This document shows positions 53,401 to 64,000 of a stretch of 64,000 bases of DNA, piece after piece. A model generated the notes under the pieces. It was not told the origin of the DNA. It worked only from the letters and a program-made list of their open reading frames with translations, and ran no database searches. Position numbers and translations under genes: made by a program. The stretch covers positions 248,001-312,000 of the forward strand of contig JAQGDQ010002379.1 of the NCBI GenBank assembly GCA_030141605.1, given 5' to 3'. Source of the stretch: Tubiluchus corallicola. Its lineage: Eukaryota > Animalia > Priapulida. The first letter of the stretch is position 1. Every line of letters begins with the position of its first letter.

Positions 53401-56400
53401 GTCTCATATAGAGCAAATTCGTGCAGTTTTGCTTGTCTCATTGCAAGATTTCAGGTAGTATAATATTAATTCAAATGCTTACTTTCCACAATATTTTTTG
53501 TACAGGGTGTCTCAGAAATCACTATAACACTTTACATTTCCTGTATTTTTCAATAAGCAAAGCAAAATCTTTGAAAGTAATTCATACTGATGAACTGAAA
53601 CCTTGAGAAATTCTTTTAGGCAAATTAGACGATAATCTGAAAAGACTACTGCTCGAGTAGGTTTTTTCTATTTTAGCCACCTTCTTCAAGGACTTCAAGA
53701 GTTTTAGAGAACGTTACTGTGGCAAGTGGGGCATCTTGCATTGAAGAAGTCTCTCACAGCCCCTGAGTTGTGAGGAAGGGCTGCACCTTGTTGAAAAACT
53801 ACATTGTTTTTAGTGCACTGCCGATGTGGTGCTCTAAATTTCCGCTGAAATTTTGACGTCATTTCTAACGCTACTGTCGTCGCCATAGCAACGGAGTTCC
53901 GGTCAAAAACTCAATAAAAATTGCCCTAGACCCTTTTTGATTCGAGTAAGAGCTTACCAAGATTGGACAAAAAATCAAAATATATAGTGACTTATAGAAG
54001 CCCTACAGATTAAACCCAGTTCAACCGTTTATTGGAAGAATTTACATGCGTGATATATTAGAAGGTATTCTTTGGACATTCTCCATCAAACGCCACTTTT
54101 ATCTACCACGCTAGTAGTCCATAAAACATTCATTTTGACTTATGACGCCACACAGTTCAGCTTCAGCTTTTCTTTTCGAGAACTTTTTCATTGTATATTT
54201 GCATGTTTTGATAGGTGTAGAATGTCATGAGTGTCTCCAAATTCACATAGAACCTTACTGGTAGGTTTGCCCTACCATCTAAGGTAATTTAATTGAAAAG
54301 GACTAGTGAAGGACTGCACAAATGTTTTGCGTAAACACGTGCGTCATTCAAAGTCTGTTTAAGCGTCGTAGAATTAATTGTGCATAATCACCCTAATTTT
54401 GTTAAGCAGTGCATGTAAGATAATGTTAACAGCTGTTGCTTCTATTGCGTAAGACATTCGTCAGCATATTTATAGATAATTTCAAGGACCTACTGCTATG
54501 CACCACACTGCCACTAATTAATTAAATATTACTATATCTGGATTTGGGTATTTTCAGAAATCGTAGGTAACAAGCAAAGTGAAGCCCAGTTCAGGGTGCG
54601 AGCGTTCAGTGCAATAGAGAAGCCATAATCGCTGCCCCACATCTTGACTGCTTATTTCCGTCCTCCCACATCTTTTGCGTGCATGTGCGTGATGGATCAA
54701 TATGATGCTGCTCTGTGCCGAACGCTACCTGTTATCAATAAATCACTACTGTAGTTTCAGCTTATTGTTATTGGCTCGAAGAGAACTGTTGTCTGTGTGA
54801 CCATTATGCTGTACATAAATAGCAGGGGTCTTTGAGGCCATCACCAGATGTATAAGGTTGGAGGCATGTCCAAAATTAAACATTTATGCGCCTAATTCTA
54901 ATGCAATCGTTCCAATGATCCAGTGCACAAGCCCCATAATTTTGTAAATATTTATTTATTAAATCAAGGCACCCGAAATACTGGAAATGTGAAAAATTCA
55001 ACAATCTAATTATATCTGCTAGTGATTTATCGGGTGAATTATCATTTTTTTCACCAGTAATAATGAAACACGTGTCTGACTCTAGTTGACCCTGCATTCT
55101 GGTATCCTGCGCTCATCATAATGCTTCTAATTTTGTAGTTGTGGAAGAACCAGTAGCTAGTAATATCAACAGTTAGGTGTATTAGTCATGTTTTGTATAC
55201 ATGCATATCATGTATACATTTTTCCTCGATGAACGCTAACGTTAGCTAAAAATTGCTTAGCTTGGATAAATTAAGAAAAACTATGCACCAACCTATGTTT
55301 GGCATTTATAAAGGCAAAATTACGATTGCTGGCATGTAATACTCGTAACTTGTGCACGTTCGTTCCAATAACCAAAGTTCACGTCTAAATTAAAAATACG
55401 GTTACAAGCTTTCTTTATAAATCACTTGCCAGGTTTCCCGTTAATACGTGCAGTTCTGGCTGAACAAGACTGCATGTGTATTTGAACTCCACTCTCATTT
55501 ACTCTTATCAAAACATTAGATAAAACAGTGATTTACAAAATTGTTGCTAGTGTTCTGCAAACATCGCTTAATAGCTTATTGCAGCGTACTGCAGTGCACT
55601 TTGACCTGTTTTGTCACATCGCATTCAAGATAGGATCTTCTTTTTCTTACGCATAATTAGCGTTCCAAAATCTTCACACTTGCGCAACTGCAATAATCCT
55701 AGAAAAGAGTATTCCCCAGTTATCAGGGATTAGCTGAAAAAGTTCTGTTTTGTATTAAGACTGCAGATAGTTTGCAAAAAATTTGGGCAATTTCAAGAGC
55801 AGAGCAGGCGATGCGAAACAGCAAAAGCTATTTGTGTATTGGACTTGTTCATGGGAAAGCTCTTAATACATCATACGAAAGTAAGATCAGCGATGTTTTG
55901 AAATCACCCAGAAATTAAATAGTATTGCTCTCTAGGTCTACTTTATGTTCTCATGTCGACTGTGCAGAGTTTAGAGATTAATCAGTGAATTTCTGGTTTA
56001 TTAGACTTAAAATTAGTCCAGCATAAGTGATATTGTGGGCTAATGGTACATAAAAATCGTATAGTTTTACATTGCTTGATTGGAGAAACCCACTTTTTAC
56101 GATTGTCCAGTCATTATGCCTGAATTGCACATTTTTCTCCTTGTATTTTGTATTTTGTAAAGTAGTACATTAGTAAGTATACTATGAGCCTATATGATGC
56201 TTTTCTTTTTAGGTGTGCCTTTCCCACCATCACATCGGCTCACAATGTCAGAGGTGTTCGACGCAAAAGGGAAGCCTCGCATGGAAGTTATGAAGCAACA
56301 CTTTATTTTAGAGGGTCGAGTAGAGGAAGCAGTAGCTCTTAAAATTATAAATGATGGTGCCGCATTATTACGAGCTGAAAAAACAATGATAGATGTAGAA

Positions 56401-59400
56401 GCTCCAGTTACAGGTAAGCAGTAATTTCCCAGTAAACGCTTACTATATTATCCACAAGCCAAGCAAGGTACAAGTGTCACCTTGCTTCACCTTTGTTATT
56501 AGAGCTCTTCTTATTACCATTATGACAGAGTCTGAGCGTGAGACACGTGCTAAGGTGTCGATTACGTACAGTATAATTAAATATGATTGATTATACAGAT
56601 TTACAGTTACATTACATATATAAAATTCATAATCGCAAATTACAATTAAACCTTTGTGATGCTATTCCTTTGGGCAAAGTTATGTTTGTAATTAGCACCA
56701 CCACCTTATGTCCACAAAAAACATTGCTTTTGCAATTATTTGTTTACCTCTAAATCTCCATACACAATACAAATATGTGATTAAAGTAGTGTTGCCACTT
56801 ATACCATAATTAACAGAACATACACGTTCATGATACAAAAAAGAGACTATACAATAATCGATAATTGTATGATAATTTAGTATTGCGAAACTAAAAAGCA
56901 AGGCATGAAAAATTGTGCATTGAAAAATTTAAAACATTACTGCTAACGAGTGGGAAATAAACAAACTTTGATTTCAACTGATTTTAAATATTCCACGACT
57001 CAGCTTTAAACATTCACAAAGCTTTAATAAAAAAATTTTGTTTGAAAGAGATTTTTTCACAATTTTTTTGTGGCCGGCCCTAGCATTTACCACAATTAAT
57101 AACTTTTTTAGATGTTAATCATTATTTCACTTATCACTGTATTAGTAGTGACAGCACATGTATAATCAGTCGCAATTAACTTATGCAGAATCTCCTGGAA
57201 ATTAGATTTTAATTCATTTTATTTCATTAACTCGTTCATTCGAAAAATATAGCATAGTTTTGGTAAATTATAGTAATTAAATTATATTATATTAGATAAC
57301 CGTTACTCACTTAAACACCAATATCGGTGCATTACAGATGCAAAAACATTGAGATTATGTGATAATTTCATCGTTCTTCTGGTGTGTGAATGTTTTCTTG
57401 TAAAGTTAATACATAAAAATCGTACTTCCAAAGCTTTATTATGAAACACATAACTAACGGCGTGTATGGACTAAATGACAAGTCAGCAAACAGTTGTTAG
57501 TTATTGTAATTATTGTATCGCCTTCAGCATAAATAAATTTATATTGTTTCATTTTATGACGAAATAATATAAAGCCTTTTATGCCAATGACTGTTAGTGA
57601 AACTGATTGTTAACGAATAATGGCCAGAAATAAACACAGTTACTCTTCCACTCTAAAGCGCAGAGGAGCGTGGGATAGAAATGCACCTTGAAATTGAATA
57701 ATGGCCATTGTCGGCAGAACAAACTCGCGCTGTGCTTCTGCTCCCTGGCTCAGTGATAATTCTACATGAAGCCATGTTCTATGGCGTATAGTCAAGAGAA
57801 TGAAGCCTGCGCCTGCTGTAATAAGAGTCTTGGATCAATATTTGCTTTCCCAGCTCCTGTAATACTGGACAGTGTGTTCGTGTACTATACCAGATCCAGG
57901 CTAGAATCTCCCTGCACATGTCTTCATTTCCTGTAGGTTTGTTTGTTTGCACCCTGGATTAAAATTGTCTTTTTCATTGTGCAATCTTCAGTTTTCCATC
58001 TTGGAATCTTCAGTAGCTTGGGAAGAGTTTTTTCAAATGTCCACTTGTGGGTTTCAGGATTTTCGTATAGAATACCTGTAATTCAACTGTACTGTTTCAT
58101 TGTACTCGCAAAGTACAACCTCTTGTGGCAGGTCTACAACCTGTGTAGACTATAGACACAATCCTTATTGAATCTGTAGATAAATAATCATGATATATCT
58201 AAATTTATGTTATCCATCTTGGCCTAAGCTCATGATAAGGGTCCGTACATACTATTAATCTGGTATGAATTTTCATTTTTTTATTATTTAACCGATCTCT
58301 ATCTCCCTAGCTAGCAGCGTGTATCAACTGTTTACCACCGGGTCTATGTAATCCTAAAAACATGAAGAGTGTTCAACAAATGACCTTAGGAGAAAATATG
58401 TCGTTATAATATTTCGATTTCAATGGCTTGATGAAAACAAACGTGACACTTTTCGTTTTGTTTAATAGATATAGTTTTATATTGAGCTCCATACAAGCTG
58501 CCTCCTTTCATGTTAATTCATTTAGGTGGTTGCTGTGTAATCGATTGTCCATGTTGCCCTGTTAGTTGTTGGCTGCCCTACAGCAGCTTCAGCGTTTTTC
58601 CCCGTGTTTATGCAAGCAAATCTAAAAAAACACTGTTTTTATTCGCATCCGCGCTGTCATGCGGATGCTGCTTGCACTCATTAACGAAGATATGGATTGA
58701 GGCAATTGCACGTACACGGTTATTGAATTGCTTGGTAATTGTATAACTTGCTGGGAATGATCAAACATTGAGAGCGCAGTCTGTAGACACTATACGCTCT
58801 TGCTGATTATTGTAATATTTGTATATATCATATTGATAACATTGAGGTCGTTTATTGTTTGTCGAAATTGCTGATGATTTGGAATTTGACAGCAGTGCGT
58901 TATGTTGTTATGCCAAATATCCTAAAGGTTTCTATTATGACATTAAATGTGTATTGAAGTATCAAAAGCATAAAGCTCAATAAACCGTGAATTGCCATAT
59001 ATATTTTGCTTGCACAGGCTCAGAACAGTAACTTTCCACAAAATAGTAATATTTATTTTACATGTATAACACAATTTTCACATTTAGCAAATTCCTTCAA
59101 ATATAATTATAGGCAATGTTTTCTCCATTACCGAGCTCTGAATGCCCAATATATTTTAAAGTAGTCTGATTGTTTTTAAGGTATGATGACTACCTGAAGA
59201 GATATACTATGAACATATTAATTCACCTATTGCTTCTTATTTATTTTTATCCTAACATATTAATTCACCTATTGTTTCTTATTTAGTTTATCCTAAATTT
59301 TTGCATTGTTTTCTTTCAATAATCACCATTTTTGTATTTGTATATAAAAGTTTTCAAGATGGTAATAGGCTAATATTGTTTCTTACGTTTTTCTTACGTT

Positions 59401-62400
59401 TTTGCCTTTTCAGCCATTGTATTGATCACTGTTTGTTATTTCATGCAAACTAACGTCGCCAGAATTAAAGTTAGTTTGACTCAAGGGTCATTACGGTTTC
59501 TTGTCTTTTCATTTCTGCGTACATTATTAATTAACAAAGTAAACAAAGTTGAATTTAATTAAATTTTTAGGCCTATTTTATATAAGCGTTAGTTAAATTG
59601 TTGCCAATTTTTTGATGTGTTAGCTATGGGTACTATTCTGAGACATTTTGATTGCATGCTTTTTACTGACCTTTTTCTTCTTTTTCAGTTTGTGGTGATA
59701 TTCACGGTCAGTTCTATGACCTTATGAAACTGTTTGAAGTGGGTGGTCCACCCTCATCGACGCGGTATCTTTTTCTTGGTGATTATGTTGATAGGGGATA
59801 TTTTAGTATAGAGGTATGTATGAGAAAGTGATGCTTAATGAATTATATACATGTGTTAATTGAACGTGTGTTAGTCATTACAAAATAATTTATTTATTCC
59901 AGTGCCAGATGTGACAGAAAAGCTGCATAATGCAAATCTTGAGCTTTACACTAAGAAATATAAGACAAATGAGGCCAAATTTCTGAGTATGATAAGAAAT
60001 ATCAGATAAATATTAAAGTAAGAATGAAACAAAAGGTCTAACCACCAACAGTATCATTTAGTTATGAAAGTAGTATTTAGATGAAGGGTTGTAAAAAGCA
60101 TGTGGACTATCGAGTCAGACACCCCGAACCTTCACAGCTGTCAGCACTTGAATCACTGATTAAGCATTCTTCAAAATTCAGCCACTTCAAATTAGAGCAA
60201 AATGCAAATTACTTAGTGTAATTTTTCCACCTCTTGCCAATTAAATTATTATGAATAAAACTTAATAAATGTTTTAGTAAGCAACATCTCTAAACATTTT
60301 CCCTTATTGCGACAAGCTACAAAAAATGTGTAAAATCACATGACTAAAGTGCAATAAGCCTACATAACCACTGAAGAATTGTTCATATTGGCATCTAATT
60401 TTGTTAAATTTAGTTAAAATAACTTTTGGTTTTAAAAGATTTAAAAAAGCATATTTATTTAAAAAACATGCATGCAGTTTTCAAAATAAAATTATTCCAC
60501 CTTACGTTAGATAATGGTGATACCATATGTAATTTGCTGTTTACTGTAATAATCACTGTCCTGCTGTGAAATTATCTCAGAAGTAGAATTGTCTGTTTCT
60601 AAGCTTGAGTTAGACATGTAAAGGCACTTTAATATAAACATCATATATTTTCAGCGCTCTAATATTTACATCAAAGTAGGATGTAATTTGAAATTTCTTT
60701 TTTAAGCGCATGTATCGGTTTTATTCTTTCCTGTGTCAGTTTGTTTGTTGGGTAATTCTTAATGTTTGAAGTGACAGCCTCATTGTATCAAATTCTTTAT
60801 TAACATTGCATCGTTGATGCAATTTTCATTGAGGATAATGTAAGTGGTACTTGAGTACTCGTTGTCAAACACACGCGGAGTTTCTTACATTCGCAGATAG
60901 TTACAATACTAACACTGGGACAGTTTTATTCAGAATTTAAAAACATTTAAATTGCTTTAAAATGTCTCCATGTCATCGGTATACAGTTATTTTTCTGCCA
61001 GGTAGTTTTCTCAAGTTCTCATTGTTCATTTTATTGTCTGAACTCCTAATGATTGTGATTATTCATCTAAATTATTAGCAGTGGTGGACCCATTGTAATG
61101 TTTCTGCTAGATCAAAATGTAAAACAACTCCCTGATACTTAGTTTCACATATCAAATGAAAGTAAAAATTTCAAGCAAATAAAGTTTTACATCTTTTCAA
61201 TATTGTTTTATTTATTTGTGTTTATCCATGCACAATACAAAACTAGTAAATTTTAGTAGTGTTATAAGAAAACTGAAAATCTCACATACATAGAACAGTC
61301 AATCCAAGTATCTTACATGCCATAACTTGAAAATGGTTTTGAAGCATAATTGTGGAATATTCTTTAGCTGATGAATTTTATCTTCAGTTAAGGATACAAA
61401 GTTTAGAACAGCACTAGTTAAAATGGTAGGGCATATAAAAAGTGATCCAAACCGTTTAAATAACAGCTAAGTAATCCCCACATCGCATTTGCTTTGGCCC
61501 CTTACGAATACGTCCGACTCTTTAAAGATAGTCAAACAACATACCTTGATTGCTGTGCTAACCAGTGCATCAGGTAAATATCATTTACATTAAGTGATTT
61601 CCTTCCTTTACAATAGGATACTCTTCGAATATAGTAGATGGGTCCACCTAAGTCTTAAGCTACATATATTATGAACGATTTGTACCTTGAAGCATAATTT
61701 TCTAACTTTATACTATGTACTTAATTATTGTTTAGTATGGCTTGCAAACTAGCAGCATTATGTAAAGTTATATTTTTTCAGTGAAATATTTTTCTTTTAA
61801 CCATTTCGTAATTTTTAAAATTACTACCACATTTTGGTAAATATATCAGTTTGGTTATTCAGTTCGCAGTTCAGTGCACAAGGCACAGTGCACTTTTCGC
61901 CCATGGAGTACACATACATTGAACACATGCTTTGTGTCAACATTTTGTTTAGTGTATAAACATTCATTGTAATAAAATTTAGTATTCAGATTGATTGATG
62001 AACTTTCAGACAGCCTGGTCCGGTATACTGTTCTGACTCCTGTAAATTTTTATACTGGAGTGTCTGTTATCTGGCTTTTGTTATAGTACCTCTAAAAAAC
62101 TTTAATTATGCAAATAATGACCATTGAAATAAGATCACAAAATCAATTGTCGCACACGCTGTGTTCCAACAAGCTCTAGTACAGGTTGAATATATTGAAT
62201 AAAAACAAAATTCTTTTGAATGAAGTTATACGAAGTTTGAATGTTTAAACTCTACTGATGAACATGATGCATATTCAACTGAACTGCTGCAAGCATTTAA
62301 CTTCAGCATAGGGTCTTGGAACTATGTGCTACTCTAGATGTTACCTGAATGTAACATTGGGCATTGTACATTTGTTAAACATTTAAATTGTATATATAAA

Positions 62401-62626
62401 CTGAGTAGGCTATACAAATTCTGCTTAAGTAGGTTGGCTGAAATCTTACAATGTTCACTTTTTTCGTACTATGAAAAAATATTTTGTGACAGACAAAGTT
62501 ATTTTTCATTTCAGTGTGTAGTTTATCTATGGGCGCTGAAACTGCTTTACCCTACCACATTATTCCTGCTAAGGGGAAACCATGAGTGTAGACACCTCAC
62601 AGAGTATTTCACATTTAAAACAGAAT
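42444..62626 (+). CDS. PPP3CA: Calcineurin A (protein phosphatase 2B catalytic subunit), 5' part; the gene continues beyond the window
   Basis: Exons 42444-42492, 56213-56413, 59689-59813, 62515-62626, in phase with GT-AG sites. Translation [71 protein letters not shown] contains the PPP motifs plus calcineurin-specific sequence. Paralog assignment (CA/CB/CC) is not meaningful for an invertebrate. Confidence 0.95.
44085..44525. repeat. Low-complexity block: (CACCA)n, (CTATA)n and (TA)n
   Basis: Directly visible. Confidence 0.85.
45385..45800 (+). mobile_element. CR1-like LINE 3' end fragment
   Basis: [27 protein letters not shown], a typical CR1 ORF2 C-terminal motif, followed by an (AAATT)n-like tail. 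Confidence 0.75.
48290..49040. mobile_element. Possible Helentron/DINE-like non-autonomous element
   Basis: Inverted 10-mer ctgcataaca (48293) / tgttatgcag (49008), with a (GTCT/GTCC)n microsatellite just inside the 5' end; two related internal blocks share tagggcat..ttcaa. Confidence 0.45.
52577..52973. mobile_element. hAT-like MITE
   Basis: TIRs taggggtgagcat / atgctcaccccta; subterminal (cgaat)n/ttcga repeats; near-identical flanks tgttggaa / gtgtggaa. Confidence 0.8.
53503..54005 (-). mobile_element. Internally deleted Tc1/mariner element
   Basis: TA|cagggtgtctcagaaatcactata ... tatagtgacttatagaagcccta; minus-strand remnant [15 protein letters not shown] resembles the FQQDGAPPH DDE/D motif. 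Confidence 0.7.
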
Positions 62627-63044
62627 GTAAGTTCACTTTTCTTGTTTGTGTGTATTGGTTTATGGGTAAATGTTCGGTAAATGTTGTTGTGAATGTTGTT
62701 CAATGCAATGTGATGTTTCAAACATTGGCTGCAAGTTTTACAGGAATGCACAGGTAACAATAGCAGATTGTATGCTTTTAAAACTAACTATCTTCTAGAT
62801 GATATATAACCTTTTATTAGTTGCTTCCAGTATTTCACGTTTGCATTATGACCGTTCAGTTCTGGCCATACGACTTGCCGTACGCGGAACTAATGTACTT
62901 CACCGCTCTACTGGCTGACTTTATAACAGCTGGATGAGTGAAGCATTTAACTGCTATAACCGGGATTATATTAGGCCTTTTTAGTTAGTTTTAACCTGTT
63001 GAGTAAGGTAGGTCATCGCTACTTTTCTCGCATTTGCACAATCA

Positions 63045-63780
63045 ATCTTCTGCTAGCCACCAAGGACAAAATGTGCATATCATACATTTGCTTGCTTCCA
63101 GCTGTCAGAGAAATAATGCGAAGACATGTATCGTACATTTCGCTGCCACCAATCACCAGACAAATATTGCCTTTCCTGCTCCCAACCACCAGAGAAATAA
63201 TGCTAAGGTGCATGTATCATGCATTGTCTTACTACCAATCACCAAGGAAATAATACCGAGGCACATGTAGTACATTTTTTGTTGTTCCGACCTCCTATAT
63301 ATGTCTCTCACTTCCCTGATGTCAATGACCAGAGAAATAATGCCATGACACACGTATTACGCATTGTCCTATTGCCAGCCAGCAAGGTAATAATTTAGAG
63401 ATATCGCACATTTCTATGCTGCCACCTGCCAAAGAAATAATGCCGAGCCATATGTATCATGCTTATCATGCCAACCACCAGAGATATAATTGCCAACCAC
63501 CGAAATGAATGTATTATCCATTGCCCTGCTTTCAGCCACCACGGAAGTAATGCAGAGGCGTAATGCAAAATGCATTTCCCTGCTGCCAGCAACCAGGGTA
63601 ATAATGTCAAGACACTCATACTATGAATTGCCCCACAGCCACCTACCAAGGAAATAATGTTGAGACATGTGTATCATGGATTTCCTTGCTGTCAGGTACC
63701 TGAGAAATAATGCTGAGACATATGCATCATGCACTTCCCTGCTGCCAGCCACTAGGATAATAGACACATACGTATCATCT
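63045..63780. repeat. Diverged tandem array of ~55-bp units (about a dozen copies)
   Basis: Recurrent unit ~ gaaataatgc.gagaca..tgtatcatgcatt.ccctgctgccagccaccag; lies in calcineurin intron 4. Confidence 0.85.
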
Positions 63781-64000
63781 GGAGAAGAAGGAAAGTCAAT
63801 AAATTTGTTCTGGAGAAATGCCATTTTCCAACACCAAATCATATCTACTATTCTAGTAGGATAAGCTCAGTTTTGAGCATGTTATTCCTGCAGATGACTC
63901 ACTGCAAAAAGACATCTTGTTTGGTAAAGTCCAAGATAACAACTCCGGGTCTAGATCTGTTGAAGGACCTAGTTGAAGTGAGATCACTGCAGGAGATGAT

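Noticed and set aside
63045-63780. CRISPR-like array or coding repeat (several overlapping ORFs)
   Set aside because: The context is a eukaryotic intron, there are no unique spacers or cas genes, and the ORFs are short, on both strands and interrupted.

Overview
This is an AT-rich, intron-containing animal (probably invertebrate) genomic window, not a prokaryotic one; most entries in the ORF track are spurious or are single exons. By hand-splicing I reconstruct two head-to-head gene pairs. Pair 1 is a complete 12-exon MTA (NuRD subunit) gene on the minus strand (10826-25418, 737 aa; its first coding intron appears to need a GC donor) and an uncharacterised 6-exon plus-strand gene (26228-30755, 307 aa) with an acidic/charged N-terminus, one hydrophobic helix and a C-terminal SRPBCC/polyketide-cyclase-like domain. 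Pair 2 is a complete 6-exon PBLD/PhzF-family gene on the minus strand (34203-41962, 296 aa) and the first four coding exons of calcineurin A (42444 to beyond the window). Introns and intergenic DNA hold hAT and Tc1/mariner-type MITEs with TSDs, tRNA-derived SINEs, a 5S-headed element nested in a MITE, CR1/L2 LINE fragments, a degenerate minimal hammerhead ribozyme, microsatellites and a ~55-bp tandem array. No database searches were run; family calls rest on recognised motifs.
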